A DNA stretch of 64,000 nucleotides from a virus (taxonomy: Duplodnaviria > Caudoviricetes): positions 22,692-86,691 of the IMG/VR virus record IMGVR_UViG_3300031949_000016; one strand, 5' to 3'. The position numbers were made by a program, and so were the translations under genes. Of the stretch, positions 53,443 to 61,519 are shown piece after piece. The number at the start of each line of letters is the position of its first letter. Position 1 is the first letter of the stretch. The notes under the pieces were generated by a model. It ran no database searches, was not told the DNA's origin, and saw only the letters and a program-made list of their open reading frames with translations.

Positions 53443-53798
53443 TCCCGCAATCCCTCCTAGAGCTTCCGCACGCCGCCATCGTCCACGGCTCGCACGGCGC
53501 AGGCCGACTCAAAAACTTCACCCTCGCCGGTCGAGGCTACGTCTTCACACCGTCATTCGGCTGTCACTGCCCGATCGTTGAAATCGTCGCCTACCAAAAC
53601 GGCCGCGAAGTCGACGGCAATCTAACCCTCGCCATCGTCTGCGCCCGCCACGGCCAAACCCAGACCAGCGCGCAGCCCACAACGACCGACACCTGCATGG
53701 TCATGACCAAGGCATCGGCCAGAGCCACAGCCATCTTCGCCTACGCCAAGCGCCGCCACCGCAACGACCGGCGCGTCGGATGGGGGAACACACGATGA
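53439..53798 (+). CDS. Hypothetical protein
   Basis: GGAGG RBS; ATGA overlaps. Confidence 0.6.
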   Translation: MIPQSLLELPHAAIVHGSHGAGRLKNFTLAGRGYVFTPSFGCHCPIVEIVAYQNGREVDGNLTLAIVCARHGQTQTSAQPTTTDTCMVMTKASARATAIFAYAKRRHRNDRRVGWGNTR

Positions 53799-54421
53799 CC
53801 GAATACGAAATGCACTCACTCACCGTGCTCAACCGCATCGCCATCGCGCTCGAAACGATCGCCATGACCAATGCCCCCGCGCCCAACTTCGTCAAGCCGA
53901 TCGAAGCCTTCTCAAACTTCGACTTCTCGACCATCGGCGCATCCGTCAAACAGATGGACACCTACGGCCCGTCCGAACTAGAGTGGGGGGGCTACCTCTG
54001 GACCCGCCGTAGCCCCACCAACAAGTTTGGCGAGGCTATCTGGTACAGCCGCGCCATCGGCAAAGACGCCGAAGGCAACAACAAATACGCACGGCTGATT
54101 AGCTTCAAGAAAATGAGCGAAGCCGAACCGATGCCGCGCAAAGTTGAAGCACTGGTCACATCAAAGCCCGCGCCCCAAGACAATGGTCATTCCCAATCAG
54201 TCGCATCTACCGCTGTTGATCCCGTTGTTGGCGGGATCGTGGGGATTGACCAATGGCCCACCACCAAGTCCGAATTTGAATCCTGGATCAAGGCGAAGAG
54301 CATCAAGGGCCAGGACATCCGCTCCGCCCTCGGCACCGACGTTCAAGGCTGGCTGAAGCTCAATGCCGGCCAGACCTATCGAGACGTGGCGATCACGCTA
54401 TCCGCCACGCTGGAGAAATAA
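53795..54421 (+). CDS. DdrB-like ssDNA-binding/annealing protein
   Basis: FDFSTIGA...WTRRS...AIWYSR...YARLISFK resembles Deinococcus DdrB FDWSLIGA...YRRR...VKYSR...YVTLAIFR, from memory. Confidence 0.6.
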   Translation: MTEYEMHSLTVLNRIAIALETIAMTNAPAPNFVKPIEAFSNFDFSTIGASVKQMDTYGPSELEWGGYLWTRRSPTNKFGEAIWYSRAIGKDAEGNNKYARLISFKKMSEAEPMPRKVEALVTSKPAPQDNGHSQSVASTAVDPVVGGIVGIDQWPTTKSEFESWIKAKSIKGQDIRSALGTDVQGWLKLNAGQTYRDVAITLSATLEK

Positions 54422-54423
54422 CC

Positions 54424-54615
54424 ATGACCAACCCACAGCCCACCCATTGGTCAAAAGTCAACCGCGTCGCCATATTAAACGAAGCAACCGCAGTGATCTA
54501 TCGCAAATACTCCGGCCCCCGCTGGAGAACCGTCATCCATACCTATCGTCTCACGCCCGCCAGCGCCGCCCGCGTCCGCCGTCTCGACCTGCCGCGCTTG
54601 CTGGGCGTCCGCTAA
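54424..54615 (+). CDS. Hypothetical protein
   Basis: ORF track. Confidence 0.55.
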   Translation: MTNPQPTHWSKVNRVAILNEATAVIYRKYSGPRWRTVIHTYRLTPASAARVRRLDLPRLLGVR

Positions 54616-54635
54616 CTCTAACTCAAAGGAGACCA

Positions 54636-54815
54636 ATGGATAACACCTACATCGTCATCGGCCTGCATAATCGCATCTGGTACTCCCTGAATACAAGCCC
54701 GATCGATGAACAGACCGCTAACTTTCAGGCCAAGTTTCAAAGCCAGCTCCGACACTGCGAAACGCGCGTGGTCAAATATGTTCGAGACCAATATCAAAGA
54801 TGGCCTCGTCAGTGA
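54636..54815 (+). CDS. Hypothetical protein
   Basis: AAGGAG RBS, ATG 54636. Confidence 0.55.
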   Translation: MDNTYIVIGLHNRIWYSLNTSPIDEQTANFQAKFQSQLRHCETRVVKYVRDQYQRWPRQ

Positions 54816-54849
54816 ACCGTCCATCCCACCAAATGATGGGGGATATTTC

Positions 54850-55002
54850 GTGAACTACAACGATCTCAAGCGACTTGTCAATTACGGCAGCATCAGTCTG
54901 TTCCCGATGGCCTACCGCCGAAATCGAAAGCGCGAAACCATCGGCCTGCTGCTCCTGTGCGCCGTCATCGTGATCTCCCTCTCCCGGTTAGGGAGAGGGT
55001 AG
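54850..55002 (+). CDS. Small protein with C-terminal TM
   Basis: GTG start behind GGGGGA from a dispersed repeat. Confidence 0.4.
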   Translation: MNYNDLKRLVNYGSISLFPMAYRRNRKRETIGLLLLCAVIVISLSRLGRG

Positions 55003-55100
55003 GGGGTGAGGGTATGGACTACCGGAAAATGAAACAATCCCCGTCTTTGCCCATGTCCGGTTCTCCACTGGATAACCGGTGGGCCGCTGGGCGTGGTGGG

Positions 55101-55430
55101 ATGAAAACATTGGATACCCGTAAGTGTGTGGACTGTGGCAACGACTTCGAGTCGCGCGCCCGCAACCGCATCATCCGCTGCCCCCCGTGCCGCGCCGCCA
55201 AATCCGACGCCCGCAACATCCGCGCCGCCCACGGCTACCGTAGGGGCGAACACGCAGGCTCGCCCCTACGGTCCCTCAGCGCCCTGGCCACCATCCACGT
55301 CAAGCAAAGCGTCGGCCAGTGCCAAGGGGAGTGTCACCGCCGCCATCAGCAACTCGTCAACGGCCTGTGTGTCGACTGCCGCTTCTACGGCGTCAAGAAG
55401 CGCGTCAAACTCATCAGCTTAATCAGGTGA
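55101..55430 (+). CDS. Zn-finger protein
   Basis: CVDC...CPPC...CQGEC...CVDC. Confidence 0.6.
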   Translation: MKTLDTRKCVDCGNDFESRARNRIIRCPPCRAAKSDARNIRAAHGYRRGEHAGSPLRSLSALATIHVKQSVGQCQGECHRRHQQLVNGLCVDCRFYGVKKRVKLISLIR

Positions 55431-55434
55431 ATCT

Positions 55435-55818
55435 GTGGACAAACTTCGCTCATACCAACTCACCCTCACCTTCCCGGCGCCGGCCGCCCGCCACAGCGAC
55501 CCGCCCACCGCCCACGCCGCCGCCCGTGATGCCACCTTCGCCGCGTCCAATGGTCGCCTGATCGCCCTGCGCACCCTCGCCGCGCATCCCGCCGGCCTGA
55601 CCGACTTCGATCTGGCCGACAAGACCGGCTGGCAGCAAAGCAGCATCGGCAAACGCCGCGGCGAATGTATGTCCACCGGCTACGTCGAACCCGCCACCTA
55701 CACCGGACCGGACGGCCAGCCGCACTACGTCAAACGCGCCGCCCCCTCCGGATCGCTCGCCATCGTCTGGCGCATCACAGAATCAGGACGCCAGTACCTA
55801 AAGGAGATCCATGGATAA
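55435..55818 (+). CDS. Winged-helix phage protein
   Basis: ARHSDPPTAHAAA...GLTDFDL...SIGKRRGEC. Confidence 0.7.
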   Translation: MDKLRSYQLTLTFPAPAARHSDPPTAHAAARDATFAASNGRLIALRTLAAHPAGLTDFDLADKTGWQQSSIGKRRGECMSTGYVEPATYTGPDGQPHYVKRAAPSGSLAIVWRITESGRQYLKEIHG

Positions 55819-55981
55819 GTCCATCACCCGCATCACCTACCAGCCCGGCCACCCGCGCCTGTGCCCAAAATGCCAGCGCCAGATCAACATCGTCGGCAGC
55901 CGAACCAAGATCTTCGTCAATCACAAGGATAAACTCGGCGCCCCCTGCCAGAACTCCGGCCAGCCGCTCGGTGCATCATAA
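55811..55981 (+). CDS. Small Zn-binding protein (56 aa)
   Basis: Manual translation; CPKC...H...C; AAGGAG RBS. Confidence 0.6.
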   Translation: MDKSITRITYQPGHPRLCPKCQRQINIVGSRTKIFVNHKDKLGAPCQNSGQPLGAS

Positions 55982-55983
55982 CT

Positions 55984-56445
55984 ATGGCTAAGACAATCAC
56001 GCTCACCCAAGGCAAAGTCTCCATCGTTGACGATGAAGATTACGAAAGATTGAATCGGTATAAATGGTGTGCCCAGCGTGACATTTCTACGTACTACGCT
56101 GTCAGAACTGCTAATGGTCCATCACACACGAAAGTTTTTATGCACCAAGAAGTCATTGGGCGACCTCCAGTGGGTATGATTCTTGACCACAAGAATAGAA
56201 ATGGCTTGGATAATCAACGCGCCAACTTGAGATTCATAACAAGAAGCGAGAGCAATCACAATAGGGGGATGTTTCGTAACAACAAATCTGGGACAAAAGG
56301 CGTAGCGTTCCATAAGCCTAAGAGAAAGTGGGAAGCGCGCATAGATGTAGACCATAAAACCATCCGTCTTGGATATTTTGCAAACATCGAAGACGCAATC
56401 ATTGCTCGAACAAACGCAGAGAAGAAGTATTCTAAGACTGACTAA
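55984..56445 (+). CDS. HNH homing endonuclease with AP2 domain
   Basis: MHQEVI...DHKNRNGLDNQRANLR...N; GVAFHKPKRKWEARI...LGYF; AT-rich. Confidence 0.9.
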   Translation: MAKTITLTQGKVSIVDDEDYERLNRYKWCAQRDISTYYAVRTANGPSHTKVFMHQEVIGRPPVGMILDHKNRNGLDNQRANLRFITRSESNHNRGMFRNNKSGTKGVAFHKPKRKWEARIDVDHKTIRLGYFANIEDAIIARTNAEKKYSKTD

Positions 56446-56449
56446 TAAC

Positions 56450-57352
56450 ATGCCCAAACCGCTCCTGCCCCCCACCGGCATCTACGTGCCGACCAGCATT
56501 CTGTACGACAAGCACATCCCGCCCGTCGTACGCGATACCTGGTCGCAACTGCGCGGCCTGGCATGGGGCAAGACCGAAACCCCTGACCTCAGCTTCGATC
56601 AACTCGAAGAACTCACCGGCAAAAGCCGCGCCACTCTCTACGGCCACCTACGATTACTCGCATCTAGCGGCCTCTCTAGTTGGAGACCGAGCGGTAACTC
56701 GACTATTAGAGTGACCTTCAAAGATAACGGCCAGGCTGCTGCTCCGATTGAGTCTGACAATGGGCAATCCAGAAAACTAGACCAGTCTGAATTTCTGGAT
56801 AACCCTTATCAGCTTTTAGATCCAAATGAAGATCTAGCTAATCCAGAAAAAGAAGCTGTGCAATCCAGAAATTTAGACCAGTCCAGAAATTTGGATTGCG
56901 CCGCCGACGTTCCACACCGCAAACTATCCGAGCGTCAAGTCGCCATCTCTCGTCTGGAGCGTTTCCTCAGCTCAATCTCCGGCCTGGAACTCCCTAAACG
57001 CTCCACCCTCAAAGAGAAACGGGCCGCCTCCGAACTCTGGTGGCAACCCCTGGGCCGCATGTGGGAACTCATCGGCCGCGACGCCGACCGCGCCGAAGCC
57101 CTCATCGCCGCCGCCTATCACGCCATGAAAAAAGGCCGGAAGCCGCTCACCGTCTCATCGGCCAAGTCGATCGAGAATACATTCATCTCCATTCACGCCG
57201 AATCGAAAGCGAACCATAATGGACAACACCACTCAAACTCTAACTCTAACTCAAACTCAAACTCTAACATCCCGCCTGAAAGCATCCGGCAGATCGCCGA
57301 GCGCATTAACGCGCAGCGCCGCGCGCGAACTCCTGGCGGCACAGGCCCGTAG
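56450..57352 (+). CDS. Replication initiator, N-terminal wHTH with internal iterons
   Basis: HTH-like SFDQLEELTGKSRATLYGHL; upstream of a DnaC-like gene. Confidence 0.7.
   Translation: MPKPLLPPTGIYVPTSILYDKHIPPVVRDTWSQLRGLAWGKTETPDLSFDQLEELTGKSRATLYGHLRLLASSGLSSWRPSGNSTIRVTFKDNGQAAAPIESDNGQSRKLDQSEFLDNPYQLLDPNEDLANPEKEAVQSRNLDQSRNLDCAADVPHRKLSERQVAISRLERFLSSISGLELPKRSTLKEKRAASELWWQPLGRMWELIGRDADRAEALIAAAYHAMKKGRKPLTVSSAKSIENTFISIHAESKANHNGQHHSNSNSNSNSNSNIPPESIRQIAERINAQRRARTPGGTGP
56765..56898 (+). repeat. Iterons, probable replication origin
   Basis: (A)TCCAGAAA x4 plus one inverted copy; CAATCCAGAAAnnTAGACCAGTC duplicated. Confidence 0.65.
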
Positions 57353-58118
57353 AGACTATGCCGAATTACTCTCCCCCTCTCCCTCACAGGGAGAGGGCCG
57401 GGGTGAGGGTGCATCGTCTCTCACCCACAACCCCGCCGCCGATCCGCATTGCCCCACCTGCGCCGGCATCGGCTACTACTCCCTGCGCCGCGCCAAAGAT
57501 GACTCGCAGTTCGGACGGCTGCTCCACTGTCCCTGCACCGCCGCCGCCCAAGCCGCCGCCCTGCAGCGCATCTCCGGCCTGTCCGACGTCGATCGCCAAC
57601 TCACGATCGACGGCATCGTCCCCACCGGCGGCCAGACCGACGCCATGATCGCCGCCGCCCGGAACTTCGTGCAGAACCCCGACCACATCCTGACCCTCTA
57701 CGGTGGCTACGGCAACGGCAAAACCGACGTCCTGAAGGCCATCGTCCAGGAATGCGTCAACCGCGGGATCACCGCCGTCTACCTCGAAATGAAAGTCCTG
57801 GCCGACACCATTCGCCAGGCTTATGCCGAACACAACGACACGGCCTCCCGTCTGATTGACCGTTACGCACGCGTGCGCGTGCTCGCGCTCGACGAGATGG
57901 ACAAGGTAAACGACACCGACTGGTACCAAGAATTTGAAACCGGACTCATGTCCCAACGCTACCAGATGGCTATGGACCATACCGCCGGCACCGTCCTCGC
58001 CATGAACCAACACCCGAACAACGCGCTGCCCGGCCATCTCGCCAGCCGCCTCTTCGACGGCCGCAACAGCGTCATTCACAACACCGACCCGGATCTTCGG
58101 CCGTTGATGAAATCCTAA
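57219..58118 (+). CDS. DnaC/IstB-like AAA+ helicase loader, start uncertain
   Basis: CPTC...CPC, GGYGNGKT, ALDEMDK, SRLFDG. Confidence 0.85.
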   Translation: MDNTTQTLTLTQTQTLTSRLKASGRSPSALTRSAARELLAAQARRDYAELLSPSPSQGEGRGEGASSLTHNPAADPHCPTCAGIGYYSLRRAKDDSQFGRLLHCPCTAAAQAAALQRISGLSDVDRQLTIDGIVPTGGQTDAMIAAARNFVQNPDHILTLYGGYGNGKTDVLKAIVQECVNRGITAVYLEMKVLADTIRQAYAEHNDTASRLIDRYARVRVLALDEMDKVNDTDWYQEFETGLMSQRYQMAMDHTAGTVLAMNQHPNNALPGHLASRLFDGRNSVIHNTDPDLRPLMKS

Positions 58119-58131
58119 TTACCATTTACTA

Positions 58132-58395
58132 ATGTCCAACCCACCGCTCACCTACATTAGCCTATTCTCCGGCATCGGCGGCTTCGACCTGGCCTTCGAC
58201 CGCGCTGGCCTGCGCTGCGTCGCCCAGGTTGAGAACGACGCCGACTGCCAGGCCGTCCTCCAGCGTCACTGGCCGGACGTTCCTAAGTTCTCCGACGTGC
58301 GCGAAGTCGGCAAGCACAACCTGCCCTACATCGCCCGTCGCATCGTCATCACTCAAACTCCCAACTCCAACTCAAACAGGAGTCTACGACCATGA
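58132..58395 (+). pseudogene. Truncated C5-cytosine methyltransferase
   Basis: SLFSGIGG and following motifs present; stops before the catalytic PC motif. Confidence 0.75.
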
Positions 58396-58691
58396 ACTGC
58401 CGAATCTGCCACACCCCCGTCCCCGGCCGCCGCACCTACTGCGACCAGCACCTGCTCGAGCGCCGCCAGCAGCACGTCCGTGAAATGAGACAATCCCCGT
58501 CTTCTGGTGGGGTCGACCGCCAGCGCGAAGGCCAGATCCGCAAGCTCGAGCGCGTCTCCAAAGAAATCGCCCGTGACATTCTCACTGAACTCGACACGAA
58601 CCCATATCCGCCGCCGCCCGTCGTCGCCGTCCCAGCCTGGCAGCCCTGGCAGGCCCGGCCGTTTGGCTACACTCTGACCGTCAACCGTTAA
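58392..58691 (+). CDS. Zn-finger hypothetical protein
   Basis: CRIC...YCDQH. Confidence 0.6.
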   Translation: MNCRICHTPVPGRRTYCDQHLLERRQQHVREMRQSPSSGGVDRQREGQIRKLERVSKEIARDILTELDTNPYPPPPVVAVPAWQPWQARPFGYTLTVNR

Positions 58692-58731
58692 CCAAATCCT
58701 TTGCATCTTTGCTCCTTTGCGTGAGATCATT

Positions 58732-61077
58732 ATGAAACACACAACCTGGCACAACTGCTACGACGAAAACCTCAAGGACCTCATAACCCCTGAGAGTTTT
58801 TCCCATCCCGCGAAATTATCCAAGCGCCTGTGCGAGCGCATCATCGAGCACGGCGAAGCGCAAGGCTACTGGCGGCGCGGCGACCTCATCCTCGACCCCT
58901 TTGCCGGCATATTTACAGTCGGAATCCTCGGCGCCTACCGCGGCTACCGCGTCGTCGGTGTCGAACTCGAACCGCGCTTCTTCAAGATGTCCAACGACAA
59001 CATCGACCTCAACCGGCGCAAACTAGAACTCCTCGGCTGCCCGCTCCCCATCGTCGTCCAGGGTGACAGCCGCCGCCTCGTTGAGATTGTGCGCGAGATA
59101 TTTGCTCCCTCTCCCTACAAGGGAGACGAGACAGTCCCCGTCTCTTGGTGGGAGGGTAGGGGTGAGGGTGTATCGGGCGTCGTGTCATCTCCCCCCTACG
59201 CCTCCAGCATACACGACTCGAACGGCATTGACGCCAGCAAACTAACCGGCAATCCCGTCGGCCCACACTCCCAAGCATTTGCTGAAGGCTACGGCCAATC
59301 CGCCGGTCAAATCGGCGCCATGCGCGAAGGCGACGTAGATGCCGTGATCTCCTCCCCCCCCTTCGGCTCATCTCTGTCACGCGACGTAATCGACCCCGCA
59401 GCCCGCCGCCAGTGGGCGCGCGCCCACGGCATCAGTAACTCCGAACGCGTCACACCCGTCGACATGGAACGCGCCGGCGCCCGTGACCAGGAGTACGGCG
59501 ACACCGATGGTCAAATCGGCATCATGCGCGAAGGCCCCGGCGCGCGCTACGACTTCATCACCCACTCGCCCGACAACGCCCATATCCAAACCAGCGACGC
59601 CGCCTACGGCGTGGCGGATGGTCAGATCGGAATCATGCGCGCAGGCTCCATCGACGCCGTGATCTCCTCTCCCCCCTACGCCGATTCCGTCAACGCCACC
59701 CACAACGGCATCGACTGGCAGAAAGCCAACCGCCCAGACCGTCTCACAGAATCCGACGATCGACACAACCCCATGAGCACCGGCGAAATGAACTACGGCC
59801 AATCCGACGGCCAGATCGGCGCCCTCCACGACGCCGGCTTCGATCAAGTGATACAACCCCCATCTTATGATGGGAGCGTTGATGGCAGTGTCTTCTCTCC
59901 TCCCTTCTCCCCGCCCGGCAACCAACCCGTCATCGGCCAAGGCACCCGCGCGCAGTTAAAAACAGCCGGACGCAGCCCATTAGACGCCCAACAAACTCAG
60001 ACCGCTGGCAACATCGCCGACCTGACGATGGAACAATCCCCATCTTTTGGTGGGATGGACGGAATAGACGCCGCGATCTCCTCTCCACCCTATGTCAGCG
60101 GCGGCCACCACCCCGACCAAACCGGAGCCTGGGGTGGCCAGGCCCAATCCGTCGATCGTGACCTCGCCGGCTACGGACAAACAACCGGCCAAATCGGACA
60201 ACTCTCCGAAGGCAACTTCCCCATCTCCATAGAGGGAGAGGGACGGGGTGAGGGTGATATTGTCGACGCCGCACTCACCTCCCCGCCGTACGAAGAAGGC
60301 TTAGGTCACGGCGGAGAACCTACACCAACCGACATTGACAAGAAACTCTATATTGCCGCTCTCAATCCCTACGGCACAACCTCTGGCAACATCGGCAACG
60401 AATCCAAAGAAACCTACTGGTCCGCCATGTCCACCGTCTACCGCCAACTCTACACCGTTCTCAAACCCGGTGGCGTCGCCGCCATCGTCATCAAAGACTT
60501 CGTGCGCGCCAAAGCCCGCGTACCCCTCTGCGACCAGACCGCCCGCCTGCTCGAAGCCCTCGGCTTCACCGTCATCGAGCGCACCCGCGCCATGCTCGTC
60601 AAAGAACTAGGCACATCCACCGATATGTTCACCGGCCAGCTCGTCAACCATCGCGTCGAACGAAAATCCTTCTTCCGCCGGCTCTACGAGCGCAATGCTC
60701 GCGCCGAAGCATTCTGGTCCACCATCGGCCGCGACATGCAGGCCCGCTATCTGGTGCAGGCCCACTCCGAAGCCTGGCAGGACTACACGGACAGCGCCAC
60801 CGACCTTGAAACTCTGAGACTGATTCAACTCGCCCCCGACTCTACAGCGGAGGAGATAGCGGAGGCCGCGTCTGCAATGGAGTTCTATCCGCCCAGCCTT
60901 CCAACCCGCGTCAAAGTAAAGGATGCCGCCATCCGGCTGGCCTACGTGGAACACGGCAGCCCCGCCATCGACATCGCCACCGCCATCAACTTTGAAGAAA
61001 TTTTGTGGGCGCAGAAACCCGCCAGCGTCGGCGATGGGGTAGGGAGAGCCGTCACAAGCCCGCCCTATCACCCCTAA
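58732..61077 (+). CDS. Amino-type (N4C/N6A) DNA methyltransferase with tandem SPP(Y/F) modules
   Basis: DPFAG motif I, repeated TSPPY/SSPPY/SSPPF, LKPGG. Confidence 0.8.
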   Translation: MKHTTWHNCYDENLKDLITPESFSHPAKLSKRLCERIIEHGEAQGYWRRGDLILDPFAGIFTVGILGAYRGYRVVGVELEPRFFKMSNDNIDLNRRKLELLGCPLPIVVQGDSRRLVEIVREIFAPSPYKGDETVPVSWWEGRGEGVSGVVSSPPYASSIHDSNGIDASKLTGNPVGPHSQAFAEGYGQSAGQIGAMREGDVDAVISSPPFGSSLSRDVIDPAARRQWARAHGISNSERVTPVDMERAGARDQEYGDTDGQIGIMREGPGARYDFITHSPDNAHIQTSDAAYGVADGQIGIMRAGSIDAVISSPPYADSVNATHNGIDWQKANRPDRLTESDDRHNPMSTGEMNYGQSDGQIGALHDAGFDQVIQPPSYDGSVDGSVFSPPFSPPGNQPVIGQGTRAQLKTAGRSPLDAQQTQTAGNIADLTMEQSPSFGGMDGIDAAISSPPYVSGGHHPDQTGAWGGQAQSVDRDLAGYGQTTGQIGQLSEGNFPISIEGEGRGEGDIVDAALTSPPYEEGLGHGGEPTPTDIDKKLYIAALNPYGTTSGNIGNESKETYWSAMSTVYRQLYTVLKPGGVAAIVIKDFVRAKARVPLCDQTARLLEALGFTVIERTRAMLVKELGTSTDMFTGQLVNHRVERKSFFRRLYERNARAEAFWSTIGRDMQARYLVQAHSEAWQDYTDSATDLETLRLIQLAPDSTAEEIAEAASAMEFYPPSLPTRVKVKDAAIRLAYVEHGSPAIDIATAINFEEILWAQKPASVGDGVGRAVTSPPYHP

Positions 61078-61093
61078 ACAAACCGGAGGACTC

Positions 61094-61405
61094 ATGAGAC
61101 GAGCCGCCCGCGTCGACGACAATCAAACAGAGATCGTAACCGCCCTGCGCGCGATCGGCGCCACAGTCGAGATCATCAGCATGGTCGGCCGCGGCGTCCC
61201 AGATCTACTCGTTGGACTGAATGGCATCAACCACCTGCTTGAGATCAAAGACATCCATAAACCGCCGAGCAAACGCAAACTAACACCCGATGAAGTGATG
61301 TGGCACGCCGAATGGAATGGAGACGTGCGCGTAGTCTACTCGCCCGAAGACGCGATTAGCGTCGTCACGTTCGGCGCCATCGGCATGGGACATCCCACCC
61401 GCTAG
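61094..61405 (+). CDS. PD-(D/E)xK nuclease (VRR-NUC/resolvase-like)
   Basis: GVPDLLVG...LLEIK...KLTPDE. Confidence 0.75.
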   Translation: MRRAARVDDNQTEIVTALRAIGATVEIISMVGRGVPDLLVGLNGINHLLEIKDIHKPPSKRKLTPDEVMWHAEWNGDVRVVYSPEDAISVVTFGAIGMGHPTR

Positions 61406-61519
61406 AAAGGCAAACAGTCATGTGTCAACACGCAAGACTCACAAAAACCCAACAGCGCAAGCGTCAATTCCTGCGCGAAGGCGTCACCGGATCAATAAAC
61501 GTCCACTACGGAGAACACC

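Larger units (their letters stand above)
3621..58726 (+). repeat. Dispersed family B: (CTTTGCNN)n-CTTTGCGTGAG
   Basis: Copies at 3621, 4038, 19932, 24638, 58698. Confidence 0.85.

Noticed and set aside
58732-61077. MTase modules as a diversity-generating retroelement TR/VR pair
   Set aside because: No reverse transcriptase in the window, and differences are not adenine-specific
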